From an uncultured delta proteobacterium (GTDB lineage Bacteria > Desulfobacterota > Binatia > UBA9968), in NCBI GenBank assembly GCA_963847445.1, contig CAWJZV010000034.1, positions 32,001 to 96,000 of the forward strand: a DNA stretch of 64,000 nucleotides, written 5' to 3'. Of the stretch, positions 28,391 to 38,784 are shown in pieces (position 1 is the stretch's first letter; each line of letters starts with the position of its first letter). The position numbers and the translations under genes are program-made. The notes beneath the pieces are model-generated. The model was not told the DNA's origin and searched no databases. It was given only the letters and a program-made list of their open reading frames with translations.

Positions 28391-29952
28391 AATCGGTCCG
28401 AGGCAAGATCGCTAAGGCAGCCGGCCTGCTTCTAGTGTTGCAAGTCTTTGAGCAGGCCACCGGACTGCTCAAACAGATGGTGATCGCCGCCCAGTTCGGA
28501 ACTTCGGAAACGATGGACGGCTATCTGATAGCGACGACCATTGTCGGGCTCATTCTTCTCTGGGTCGGCCTGCCGATCCGCCAGACTCTGATCCCCATGT
28601 TCCGCCACGATCTCGCGAAGCGGGGCGAACGAGCGGCTTGGGCCAACGCCAGCGTTCTCTTCAATAACCTACTGCTGGCTCTTATCGGTATCGTTCTCTT
28701 GGGATCGTTATTAGCCCCTTACCTGGTGAGCATCCTGGCTCCCGGTTTCGACGAGTCCGCGTTATCCTTGGCCACTTCATTGGCCCGGATCACCATGGCC
28801 AGTGTGGTCTTTGTCGGCATGGGAAACGTGTTGTCCCAGATATTTTTTTCTTACGAAAGGTTCTTACAGCCCGGCATCGCGGGCAGCGTGAATAACGTCG
28901 TGACGATGTTGGCACTGCTCGCTTTAGGTGGCACGTACGGCATCTATGGTCTGGCCGTCGCCGTCGTGATAGGCGGAGGTTTTCACTTCGTGCTGCAGTT
29001 GCCGATTCTGTGGGAGAAGCGGAAATTTTATTCTGCCACGGTGGACTTTCGCCACCCGCACATGGTCGAGACCGGCAAGCTCAGCTTGCCGCTGCTGATT
29101 TCCACTGGCGGCAATGAGCTGGCGAGAGTTACCGATCGGATCTTTGCCTCGCTTTTGGCTGCCGGAAGCCTCTCGGCCCTTGCGTTTGCCCATAGGCCAA
29201 TCACGGTGCTGATCGAATTTCTTATCCATCCGCTTAATACGGCGACTTTGCCTCACTTCGCCAAGCTCAGTGCCGAAGGAGATTTTCGCACGCTGTCCCG
29301 CCAGCTCTTCTACTATGTTCGCCTTATTGCTTTCTTTACGCTTCCCATCGCCGTCGGCCTCATGCTGCTGGCAGAGGACGCCGTGAGAGCGCTCTATGGA
29401 CGGGGGGCCTTTGATGAAGCCTCGGTCCGCTTAACCGGTCAAGCGCTGTTCTTCTATGCGATCGGAGTGCCGGCCCAGGCGATAATGAGGATCTTCAGAA
29501 ACGCTTTTTTTAACCTGAAAGATACCTGGACGCCGACGAAAATAGCCCTTGGTCGTATCGCGCTCAAAATCATCCTCTCTTGGATTCTGGTCCAACCGTT
29601 GGCCCATCGGGGTATCGCCCTGGCCGAGTCTCTCTCGCTGATTGCCAACGCCTTTTTTCTCTTCTGCTTTCTGCCAAGGGAACTGAAGGGCCAAGAGGGC
29701 TGGAAGACTCTGGCGGCGTTCGCGCAGACTCTGGCAGGCTGCGTCGTCATGGGATCCGTGGTGTACTTCGTGCAGGAGAAACTTAACGGAATGATCAGTC
29801 TACCGCTGGAGCTCGTTTCCTTGGTCCTGCTGGGTGCAGCGACTTATGGCGCTACCGCGCTTCTCTTTCAGGCGGAGGTGAGCCACTCGATCCTAAAGAC
29901 GGTGACGGAGTTGGGCGGGAAATATCTCAGAGGAGCTGCCAAAACAACATGA
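28387..29952 (+). CDS. murJ: MurJ/MviN-like MOP flippase
   Basis: About 14 TM segments; IAAQFGTS..MDGY, LAPGF, DRIFASLL..GS.SAL, LYGRGAFD and DT.TP signatures of MviN. Confidence 0.8.
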   Translation: MKSVRGKIAKAAGLLLVLQVFEQATGLLKQMVIAAQFGTSETMDGYLIATTIVGLILLWVGLPIRQTLIPMFRHDLAKRGERAAWANASVLFNNLLLALIGIVLLGSLLAPYLVSILAPGFDESALSLATSLARITMASVVFVGMGNVLSQIFFSYERFLQPGIAGSVNNVVTMLALLALGGTYGIYGLAVAVVIGGGFHFVLQLPILWEKRKFYSATVDFRHPHMVETGKLSLPLLISTGGNELARVTDRIFASLLAAGSLSALAFAHRPITVLIEFLIHPLNTATLPHFAKLSAEGDFRTLSRQLFYYVRLIAFFTLPIAVGLMLLAEDAVRALYGRGAFDEASVRLTGQALFFYAIGVPAQAIMRIFRNAFFNLKDTWTPTKIALGRIALKIILSWILVQPLAHRGIALAESLSLIANAFFLFCFLPRELKGQEGWKTLAAFAQTLAGCVVMGSVVYFVQEKLNGMISLPLELVSLVLLGAATYGATALLFQAEVSHSILKTVTELGGKYLRGAAKTT

Positions 29953-30782
29953 TGCATACAACACTTCCGATCCCGACGCTGGTGCCTCAGCTCGTTACCC
30001 TCGCTCACCAAGCGGGCGAAGCAGTAATGAAGTTTTATTGTCAAGAAGAGTTGGGGACAACCTATAAAGAATTCGACTCGCCGCTGACCTGCGCGGACAT
30101 TGCATCTCATGATTTAATTGTTGAACAATTGCAAGCGCTGACTCCAAGCGTGCCGGTATTGTCAGAAGAGTCCAAGGAGGTTCCCTATCATGTGCGACAG
30201 GCATGGCGGACATTCTGGCTAGTAGACCCACTGGATGGGACCAAAGAATTCATCAAACGCAATGGCGAATTTACCGTCAACATCGCGCTCATCGAGGACG
30301 GGCGGCCGGTTTTTGGTATCGTGCATGCTCCGGCCTTGAGTGTGACCTATCTCGGCGCTCGCGGAATGGGCGCGTTCAAGCAAACCGCTCAGCGTCGAAT
30401 GCAACGGATTCAGGTCGCGCAATGCGAGCTGACGCGGCTTAAGGTGGTGGTCAGCCGTTCCCATGCGGGCGATGAGGTCGAAAGGTTTCTCGATAAAATC
30501 GCTCCTCTCGAGTGCCTCAGTATCGGTAGCTCGCTAAAAATCTGTCTGGTCGCGGAGGGCGAAGCGCATCTGTACCCGCGCCTCGGACCTACCATGGAGT
30601 GGGACACCGCAGCCGCCCAGTGCGTGGTTGAAATGGCGGGTGGGGCGATCACCGATCTGACGGGGCAAACTTTGAGATACAACAAGCCCGATTTGCACAA
30701 TCCCCACTTTATCGTTAGCGGCACTCCCGACTTTCCCTGGCAGCGGTATTTTGAGAACGGGGAGTGTGGAGCCGGACGGTGA
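29949..30782 (+). CDS. cysQ: 3'(2'),5'-bisphosphate nucleotidase CysQ
   Basis: SPLT.AD, LSEES, FWLVDPLDGTKEFIKRNGEFTVNIALI, SRSH, GSSLK and YPRLGPTMEWDTAA motifs. Confidence 0.95.
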   Translation: MMHTTLPIPTLVPQLVTLAHQAGEAVMKFYCQEELGTTYKEFDSPLTCADIASHDLIVEQLQALTPSVPVLSEESKEVPYHVRQAWRTFWLVDPLDGTKEFIKRNGEFTVNIALIEDGRPVFGIVHAPALSVTYLGARGMGAFKQTAQRRMQRIQVAQCELTRLKVVVSRSHAGDEVERFLDKIAPLECLSIGSSLKICLVAEGEAHLYPRLGPTMEWDTAAAQCVVEMAGGAITDLTGQTLRYNKPDLHNPHFIVSGTPDFPWQRYFENGECGAGR

Positions 30783-30813
30783 TAAACATGTGTTGTGATC
30801 GCGCTGTTCATGG

Positions 30814-31687
30814 ATGCGAGACGTGAAATCCTATATCAACCCTAAACTGCTTCCTACCTTGCAGAAGCGCTCCATAGAGGCTTACCGAATGGCGACCGCG
30901 CCGCTCCGGCTCATGCCTGATTTTCTCATTATTGGGGGCAACCGATGCGGCACGGCCGCGCTCTATGAATACCTGTGCGGCCATCCCTGCTTCGCGCCGT
31001 CGCTCCATCGAGAAGTGCATTTCTTCGAGCGGCACTTTGAAAAAGGCGTGAACTGGTATCAAAAGCATTTTCCTTCGGCGATTTACAAATACTACATCAC
31101 AAAATCAGGTAGGAAAAGTTTTGTCACCGGCGAGGCCACGACGTATTACATCTTCCATCCCCATGCCCCCCGGCGGATTCTGGCAACGGTTCCGAAGATC
31201 AAGCTCATCGCGCTCTTACGCAACCCCGTCGACCGCGCCTACGCGCAGTATCATCAAAAGATCAGGAGGGGTTACGAGCCGCTCTCGTTTGAAGATGCTA
31301 TTGACGCGGAGCCGGAGCGGCTCAGAGGCGAGAAGGAAAAAATGCTCGCCAATGAAACCTATAACAGCTTCAACTACCGTCACTATTCCTATCTCACCAG
31401 GGGCGTCTATGTGGATCAACTCACGCACTGGATGAATCTGTTTCCCAAAGAACGGCTGCTGGTCCTGTGCAGCGAAGACTTACGCAGGGATCCGAGCAGG
31501 GTTTTGCAAGAGGTTCTACAGTTCCTCGAGCCTGCCGGCGTGGCAACCGCAGGCGCAGAACAATTATGGTCAAGCCGAGTATCCGAAGATGGGCGCTGCC
31601 GTGAGGGCACGTCTCATCGAATACTTCCAACCGCACAACCGGCGTTTGCATGAGTTCTTAGGTCGGGATTTCGGCTGGAACCGGTGA
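30814..31687 (+). CDS. PAPS-dependent sulfotransferase, frameshift near 31530
   Basis: PDFLIIGGNRCGT, EVHFF, GEAT..Y and LRNPVDRAY motifs. The C-terminus YFQPHNRRLHEFLGRDFGWNR* is in the shifted frame. Confidence 0.85.
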
Positions 31688-31692
31688 TCCAT

Positions 31693-31730
31693 GGAGCGCG
31701 CGGTGGCTCGCCGCCGCGCTCCTTGATTCT
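31693..31730 (+). terminator. GC-rich intergenic stem-loop inside the operon
   Basis: GGAGCGCG...CGCGCTCC arms with further internal pairing, followed by TTGATTCT. Confidence 0.35.
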
Positions 31731-31745
31731 TCAGGAGTTACAAAA

Positions 31746-32645
31746 ATGAGGCGACCGGATTTTTTCATCGTCGGCGCACCCAAGTGCGGCACGACCGCAA
31801 TGATCGATTACCTGAAACAACACCCGGAGGTCTTTGTCCCGGACCGCAAAGAGCTTGACTTCTTTGGCAGGGACCTTGTGTTTAAAGGCCATCGACTCAC
31901 CGAAGAAGAGTATCTGGGTTTTTTTTCCCGGGCGACGGCGGAAAAGCGCGCCGGCGAAGGCTCGGTATGGTATCTGCACTCAAAAACCGCGGCGTTAGAG
32001 ATCAAGGATTTTTCCCCCAATGCGCGGATTATAATCATGCTGCGCAATCCTCTCGACATGATGTATTCGTTCCATAGCCAGCGTCTTTATAACGGCAACG
32101 AGGATATCGAAAATTTTTCAGCGGCATTGGATGCCGAGGCCGAGCGGAGACGAGGATCGCGCCTGCCCAAGGGCGCGTCGGATGTTTTCGGTTGGTGTTA
32201 CCGCGAGGTGGCGACCTATACCAAACAGGTCCAAAGATATTTTAACGCCTTCGGCAAGGAAGATGTCCGCGTCATTATTTACGACGATTTCGCCAAGGAT
32301 GCCGGTCTCGCGTATCGAGAAACCTGCCAATTCCTCGACATAGACTCGGACTTTCAACCGGATCTCCGGATGATCAACACCAGGAAGCAGGTACGTAGTA
32401 AGGCGTTGCGAGAATTCCTGCGACGCCCACACCCTGCTTCGGGCTGGCTTTTTCGAGCCATAGGACTCCGCCCGGACCGCAACGGGGGATACAAGGGCTG
32501 GCTCAGGCGGTTAAACAGTAGTGACAATTCTCTCCGCCCAATGAATCCGGTATTGAGAAAACAACTGCAACGGGAGTTTGCTCCTGAAGTGCGGCAGCTG
32601 AGCGCATTACTCGAACGTGACCTAACCCATTGGTGCAAGTCATGA
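31746..32645 (+). CDS. PAPS-dependent sulfotransferase
   Basis: PDFFIVGAPKCGTT, QHPEVF, GEGSVWYL, MLRNP.D..YS and L.RDLTHW motifs. Confidence 0.9.
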   Translation: MRRPDFFIVGAPKCGTTAMIDYLKQHPEVFVPDRKELDFFGRDLVFKGHRLTEEEYLGFFSRATAEKRAGEGSVWYLHSKTAALEIKDFSPNARIIIMLRNPLDMMYSFHSQRLYNGNEDIENFSAALDAEAERRRGSRLPKGASDVFGWCYREVATYTKQVQRYFNAFGKEDVRVIIYDDFAKDAGLAYRETCQFLDIDSDFQPDLRMINTRKQVRSKALREFLRRPHPASGWLFRAIGLRPDRNGGYKGWLRRLNSSDNSLRPMNPVLRKQLQREFAPEVRQLSALLERDLTHWCKS

Positions 32646-33504
32646 AACGACTCATTGATCCGAAGCCGCTGCCGCCTTTTCTGAAGCGCTTAGTCAAGGC
32701 TCCTCGGGCGCTGACGGCCAGAGTTCGACTCCTGCCGGATTTTCTCATCATCGGGGCGCAGCGGTGCGGCACCACTTCGCTGCAAAGGTATTTGATACAA
32801 CATCCCTCGATAGCGCCTGCTTTCAGGAAAGAGGTGCATTATTTCGACAAGAATCTGAAGAAGGGGGTTACCTGGTACCGAACGCATTTCCCATCGGCGC
32901 CCTACAAGCACTTCGTAACCAAAGTCCTCCGCCGTCAGTTTTTGACCGGTGAAGCGAGCGCCGCGTACCTGTTCTATCCGCATGCGCCGAAAAAGGTCCT
33001 TGAAACGGTGCCCCGCGCCAAGCTGATCGTTCTGTTACGGAACCCGGTGGATAGGGCGTACTCTCATTACCAGCACGAAGTAAGCTTAAAGCATGAAACT
33101 TTGCCGTTTGACGAGGCGATCGAGCAGGAGCCGGAACGGCTTCGTGGCGAGAGAGAAAAATGCTCGCCGATCAAAGCTATGACAGTTACAAGTACCGACA
33201 CTATTCTTACCTCTCGAGGGGCGCATATGCCGACCAGCTGGCACTCTGGATGAAATTCTTTCCCAAAGATCAGATGCTCATTTTGCGGAGCGAGGATTTC
33301 TTTGCCGAACCACCGAAGATCTTTCAGAAGGTCCTACGGTTCCTTGATCTGCCGCTATGCGAGCTCGGCGAATACAAGCAATACAACGCGCGGGACTACT
33401 CAACCATGGATGGCGCAACCAGGGCACGGTTAATTAAGTACTTCGAACCGCATAATCGCCGCTTACGGCAACTGGTCGGCCGCAATTTCGCTTGGAACCG
33501 ATAA
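32642..33504 (+). CDS. PAPS-dependent sulfotransferase (heparan-sulfate ST-like fold), frameshift near 33160
   Basis: LPDFLIIGAQRCGTTSL, KEVHYFD, TGEAS..Y and LRNPVDRAYSHY motifs; the tail YFEPHNRRL is in the 33160 frame. ATGA overlap with the previous stop. Confidence 0.87.
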
Positions 33505-33516
33505 GCGCCACGCGCT

Positions 33517-34341
33517 ATGAAGTTTGCCATTCGCGACGATGACACATCGTTCTTCACCCGACCCGAGCAATTGCTGCGCGTGTATGAGGGTATCTGGGAT
33601 AGGGCGCCGGTCTCTCTGTCCGTCGTGCCTTTTCATGGCCGCACTCACACCGAGGGCATCCCGGTTGAGTATTGGTCTGGCGGCAATGAATTATACCCGG
33701 TGGCCGATAACAGTGATTTGATCGCATTCTTACGCGAGCAAACCGCGAAGAAGCGAGTATCGATCATGATGCACGGTTACAGCCACGTCGATGAGCCGGA
33801 TGGCTACGAGTTTGAAACCGCAACTGATTTGGAGCGCAAGGCGCGCGAGGGTAAGCGCTATTTGGAAGAGGTGTTTGGAGTACCAATCCATGCCTTCGTC
33901 CCGCCCCATAACGCGCTCTCGGCCGCCGGGTACCGGGCGGTGATCCGCGCCGGTTTGGATATCGTCCAGATCGTTCGTTTCGGGCATGGCGTTCGACCAA
34001 TGGCGCTGCGCTATTTTTCCCAGCTGGCCCGTTTGGTCTGGTCGAAGTTCATGTGGAAGCATCCGTATCCTTACTATCCTCAAGTGCTCGATTTTGGCGA
34101 GCATCGCGAAGTTGCGTACCACTCGCTCACGCCATCGGTTTTTTTCAAGCAGCGCCTCGCGGAGCTGGAGTTCTGCCACCGCCGCCGCGGCGTGTTCGTC
34201 CTCGCGACCCATTATTGGGAGCTTGAGCGGAAAACCAAGGACGGCCTTACTTTGCGCGATGCCCTGGAGCGCCTGGTGAACCGCGCCACGCAACTGGGTG
34301 CTGAGTTCTGCTCGGTGAATCAAGTATTGGGGCGGCAATAG
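33517..34341 (+). CDS. DUF2334-type polysaccharide deacetylase-like protein
   Basis: FAIRDDD, MMHGYSH, EF and FVPPHNALS (CE4-like metal motifs). Confidence 0.8.
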   Translation: MKFAIRDDDTSFFTRPEQLLRVYEGIWDRAPVSLSVVPFHGRTHTEGIPVEYWSGGNELYPVADNSDLIAFLREQTAKKRVSIMMHGYSHVDEPDGYEFETATDLERKAREGKRYLEEVFGVPIHAFVPPHNALSAAGYRAVIRAGLDIVQIVRFGHGVRPMALRYFSQLARLVWSKFMWKHPYPYYPQVLDFGEHREVAYHSLTPSVFFKQRLAELEFCHRRRGVFVLATHYWELERKTKDGLTLRDALERLVNRATQLGAEFCSVNQVLGRQ

Positions 34342-34627
34342 GATGCCCGATTAAGGGCTGGGGGTCGCGTTGCCTAGCCGGTTCCCTCGACTTAGGCAGC
34401 ATAGCGGTTGACAAGTAGTCTGCGGACAAGATCGTCGCAATGAATAACGACAGGACGCCAAATCTCACTATCGGTGCGATCACCCCTGGGGGGCGCCAAC
34501 GCGAATCAGTTTGTTAAGGTTTCGGGTAGCTGCTCTAAGATAACCTTGGCGATAAATGCGTCATGCACGATGCGTGCAAAGAGGATTGCGCTAAGGTGCA
34601 GTAAGGGGAGAGAATCGTAGTGGAATG

Positions 34628-35795
34628 TCACGGGCATACCGGCAGCGAGATTGCGGAGAGATATTTCTGGTCGATCGCGTCGAGCGGCCGCACGCCCGCG
34701 CCCGCCAGTAGCGCACGGGCCGCCGTGCAGGCGTCCTGGGTATCGACCGGGGGTGCCGGGAAAGGACTCTTTTCGTTGCCGACTTTATTGATGTCCTGTT
34801 CCAGCTTGTCGGCGCTGTAATTCCCACTTGTATAGACTCTGGCCACAGCGGCAAATTTTTTCCCCGCTACCCTGGATTGCGCCGACGACCAGCGCCTGTT
34901 TTTGGTTCTTGGGGAAACTTCGGGGAGAGGAATAAAAGTTGTTTACGACATTGGCCCTTGAGCCGGACCAGATCAACGTCCCGTACCCGCCGGCCCAGTC
35001 CCACACCAGGTTGTTTCTCATATCGAGAGTGGTGTCGGTGGCGGCCGTCCCGGTGTTGTCGATGGCGACTTGCGGGTTTCTCTGCTGCGCGTGCACGAAG
35101 ATGTTGTGATGCAGGCTGATCCGCGAGGGATTATATTTGATCAGCATATTTTTCTGAGTCGCGCGAGGTTCCGCGAAGATACTCCAGGATACGGTCACGT
35201 CGCGTGAATCGGTCCCGATGTCCATATTGCCGTCTTCCGAGCCGTGAATCGAAACGTGATCGATCACCACATTGTATGCGCCTTTGACAACGTTCATGCC
35301 GTCGCTTTGTTCTTTGTCGCCTTTGATCCCAGCATCGCGCACCCGTATGCCGCGCACGATAATATCGTGGGCTCCGCGGTTTCCACTAATGCTGAGGCCA
35401 TAGTTCTTGAGCGTGATGCCGGGACCTGGCGCAGTAAAGCCATCAACGGTTATGAAGGCACCCCTGATGTAGACGGTCTTGGTGAGAATAATCTCCCCCG
35501 CTACATCGAAGACGACCGTTCGATTTCCCTGAGACACGGCATCACGAAAGCTGCCCGGCCCTGAGTCATTGAGGTTGGCAACACGGACGATGGCCTTAGC
35601 AGATCCTCCTGGCGTCTTCGCGCCAAAACCCTGATACGCCGGATCGGCATCTTTCGCACCGGCCGACGATGAAGGAATCGGGTCGGTTCCCTGGGTTTCC
35701 ACGCCGACAGAAGTCGCCAGCACAATGGCGCAACTCGCAAGCAGAAAAAATGTCGATCCAGCCCATTTTGGGCTGCTGAATTTGAAAATTTGCAT
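34628..35795 (-). CDS. Secreted pectate lyase-like (PL1-type) beta-helix protein, frameshift near 34855
   Basis: Signal peptide; GFGAKTPGG, NLNDSGPGSFR, TAPGPGI, VIDHVS, DGNMD, VTVSWS, HHN and RNP motifs. The tail is in the 34628..34846 frame. Confidence 0.82.
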
Positions 35796-35840
35796 CTTGA
35801 ACCTCTAGTTATCTATAAGTCTACCACGGGAGATTTTGCA

Positions 35841-37334
35841 ATGAGTTCGAAGAGTCAGGTGAAAATTATCGCTACGATCGGACCGGGCACCAACACAGCG
35901 GCGGCACTCAAGGCCCTGCTCGAGGCCGGAGCCAGCGTGGCGCGCCTCAACGGCTCGCATGCCGATTTGGCATGGCACGCCGCCACGATCAAATTGCTGC
36001 GCGAGGTGGTGCCGCAGATGCCGATCCTGCTCGATATTCCGGGGCGCAAGATCCGCACCGGCGCTTTGGAGCACGAGCCCTGCTTCCAAGCAGGCGATTT
36101 TCTAGTGCTGACCACGTCCCCTGATCACAACGGCCAATTTAAGGTGCCGGTGTCCTATCCCAACCTGCATGAAGACCTCTCGCCGGGAGACACGATCCTG
36201 GCTGACGATGGCCAGTTGCGTTTCACCGTCGAATCGGTGATGGATCGCGATATCGTTTGCAGAGCCGAGGCGGCTGGAACGCTGCGCAGCAGAAAGGGCA
36301 TCAACTGCCCCGGGGTCACGCTGCGGACGGCGATGGTGACGGAACATGACCGGGGCATGCTGGCCTTCGCCAAAGAACACGGCGTCGACTTTGTCGGCAT
36401 CAGTTTCGTCGAAAGCCCCGAGCACGTGCATGCGATTCGCGCCGAGATCGGTGATGCGAGCCCGCGAATCGTCGCCAAGATCGAAACCCCGGACGCGTTG
36501 GAACACTTGGCAGATATCATCGCCGTATCCGACGCGATCATGATCGATCGCGGCGACCTGGCAGTGGAAACTAATCTGTATGGTATCGCGCTGCTGCAGA
36601 AGCGGATTTTGACCGCCGCCCGCCAGGCAAACAAGCCGGCTATCGTAGCCACTGAGATGCTGCATTCCATGATCACGAGCCCGGTGCCGACAAAAGCCGA
36701 AGTCACCGACATCACCAATGCGGTCCTCGATGGCGCCGCGGCGGTGATGCTTTCAGGCGAAACCGCTGTCGGGCAGTTCCCGGCTGCAGCGGTGGCGACC
36801 ATGCGTCAGATAGCCGACCGAGCTTCGGCCCATTTCCAATCGATGTTGGACCAGAATGGCAGCCGCGAAGAGTTCAGCGTGCCGCAAGCGGTCGGCGATG
36901 CGATCGCTCTCATATGCCGCCGGCTGCCCGTGACCAAGATCGTCGCCATTACGATCGCCGGCTACGCCGCGCGCACGGTGGCCATGCACATGCCGCGTCA
37001 ACCTATCCTCGCCGTCAGCAATGATCCCATCGCAGCTCGCAGTTTTCACATGCTGCCCGGCACGGAAGGCATCTACGTGGATATTCCGTTCGTGCGCACC
37101 AGCACCGACCATATTCCCAAATGCTTGGAGGAATTGTGGCGCAGCGGAAAATTACTGGACGAGGATCTCGTGCTGGTGACGTCGGTCGGCTACCCCAGGT
37201 CGGGCAATCGCATGAACCTGATTCAAACGCATAACATTGCCGATCTGCGCGAGAGCCTGGGATGGCTATCGATGCCGCACGGCTCGGTCGGGCCGGACCT
37301 CACCATGATGGCGGCGCCTGCGGACCCGGTATGA
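35841..37334 (+). CDS. pyk: Pyruvate kinase (divergent paralog)
   Basis: KIIATIGP, RLN.SH, KIRTG, DDG, KGIN.PG, SFV, KIE, RGDL, AT.ML.SM, NAVLDG and MLSGETA motifs. Confidence 0.88.
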   Translation: MSSKSQVKIIATIGPGTNTAAALKALLEAGASVARLNGSHADLAWHAATIKLLREVVPQMPILLDIPGRKIRTGALEHEPCFQAGDFLVLTTSPDHNGQFKVPVSYPNLHEDLSPGDTILADDGQLRFTVESVMDRDIVCRAEAAGTLRSRKGINCPGVTLRTAMVTEHDRGMLAFAKEHGVDFVGISFVESPEHVHAIRAEIGDASPRIVAKIETPDALEHLADIIAVSDAIMIDRGDLAVETNLYGIALLQKRILTAARQANKPAIVATEMLHSMITSPVPTKAEVTDITNAVLDGAAAVMLSGETAVGQFPAAAVATMRQIADRASAHFQSMLDQNGSREEFSVPQAVGDAIALICRRLPVTKIVAITIAGYAARTVAMHMPRQPILAVSNDPIAARSFHMLPGTEGIYVDIPFVRTSTDHIPKCLEELWRSGKLLDEDLVLVTSVGYPRSGNRMNLIQTHNIADLRESLGWLSMPHGSVGPDLTMMAAPADPV

Positions 37335-37438
37335 CCGCCGGCTATGGGCTGATAACTTCGGGTCGTCGGCAATTATGATCAATAGCGAAATTTACGACAT
37401 CGATTTCACACAGTGATGAAAAACATTTGGCTGGAACC

Positions 37439-38758
37439 ATGAGAATATTAACCGCTATCAAGACGGGGACGAGTAAATTAGCGCTGGTGGTCCTTTCCAT
37501 CGCCATTACCGTCGTGCTGCTGGAGTTTGCTGTCCGCCTGTTTTTCCCACAGCCGCTCAACCATTACAATTTCACGCTCATTCAGGCAGAGGGTGGCGGC
37601 GCAATGGTCCTGGGGTCGAACATGTCGGCGGTCGAGCAAAGAACGAGGGGTTTAGGCCCCTACGTTCCCAAACTGTCGACGAATTTTGGCGGCGTCCCGG
37701 TGACTATCAATTCACACGGCTGGAGAGACGACGAGTATTCTCTGAAAAAGCCCGAGGGCGTTAGCAGAATTATGGTCGTCGGAGATTCGGTCACCTTTGG
37801 TTACGGAGTCAAGCTTGAGGAAATGTTCGCGAAAGTGCTCGAACGAGGATTGAACAGCCGGGGGCCGGGACGTTACGAGGTCATCAGCATGGGCGGCGCT
37901 GGCGGCAATACTTATTCTCAAAGTCGGATTATTAAAGAGAATGTCGCGATCTATAATCCGGACCTGGTAATTCTCGTTTTCAATTTAAACGACATATTGC
38001 CGAAGATCTTCGGGACAAAAACGGCGCGTTCAGCTGATGGCGACCGGTCGATCTCGCGGTCAATCTCGCGGACTAGCCTCGATCTACGGAAGAAGCTGGA
38101 CACAGGGTTCCGCAGCCGTTCGCACCTATATTTTCTCTTTAGGGAGAGAATGAAAGTCGTGCTGCGGCAATTCGGAATCGCTTCCCCCACTATGGTTCCG
38201 CTAGCGGCGTTTGACATGGAAAGCGATTCTGGCCGCGCCGCTTGGCGGGACACGAGCCTGGCGTTGCTTGAAATCGCCGATCAATTGGATCGCGACAAGG
38301 TCAAGTTTTTGCTCGCCGTCTTGCCGGTGGATATGCAGTTGAGTCCCGAGATCGCGGATATCTACCGGCGTGAATACGGATTTGTTTTCGACGATAGCCT
38401 GGTCAACGGCCTGCCGCAGAAAATAATCGCCGATTTTGCCCGGGGCCACGGCATCGCTTGCGTCGACTTGCTTCCGTCGTTTCGAAAGGATCCGCACGAG
38501 CAGACATTTTTTCGAATTTACGGTGGATCGATCGATTGGAACCACCCAAATCGTTTGGGCCACAAGATCATCGGCGAGCAATTGAACAAGGCCGTTAACA
38601 CTCTCGGTGCCGATACCGGACTCAATGGTAAAGCCGGTCGAAAATCCTATCCGGCCCGACAAAAAGCAGGAGAGCGTGCCGTAACGGTACCGATCTTGGA
38701 GTATGACGACGGGTTTTCGATGGATAGTATTCCTAAGTCGCCAAATCGGGGCCTGTGA
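37439..38758 (+). CDS. Membrane-anchored SGNH/GDSL hydrolase
   Basis: N-terminal TM; INSHGWRD, block I VGDSVTFG, block III LND and block V DWNHPN..GH. Confidence 0.82.
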   Translation: MRILTAIKTGTSKLALVVLSIAITVVLLEFAVRLFFPQPLNHYNFTLIQAEGGGAMVLGSNMSAVEQRTRGLGPYVPKLSTNFGGVPVTINSHGWRDDEYSLKKPEGVSRIMVVGDSVTFGYGVKLEEMFAKVLERGLNSRGPGRYEVISMGGAGGNTYSQSRIIKENVAIYNPDLVILVFNLNDILPKIFGTKTARSADGDRSISRSISRTSLDLRKKLDTGFRSRSHLYFLFRERMKVVLRQFGIASPTMVPLAAFDMESDSGRAAWRDTSLALLEIADQLDRDKVKFLLAVLPVDMQLSPEIADIYRREYGFVFDDSLVNGLPQKIIADFARGHGIACVDLLPSFRKDPHEQTFFRIYGGSIDWNHPNRLGHKIIGEQLNKAVNTLGADTGLNGKAGRKSYPARQKAGERAVTVPILEYDDGFSMDSIPKSPNRGL

Positions 38759-38784
38759 TGGTTGAACGCTTAACGAGCAGGACA

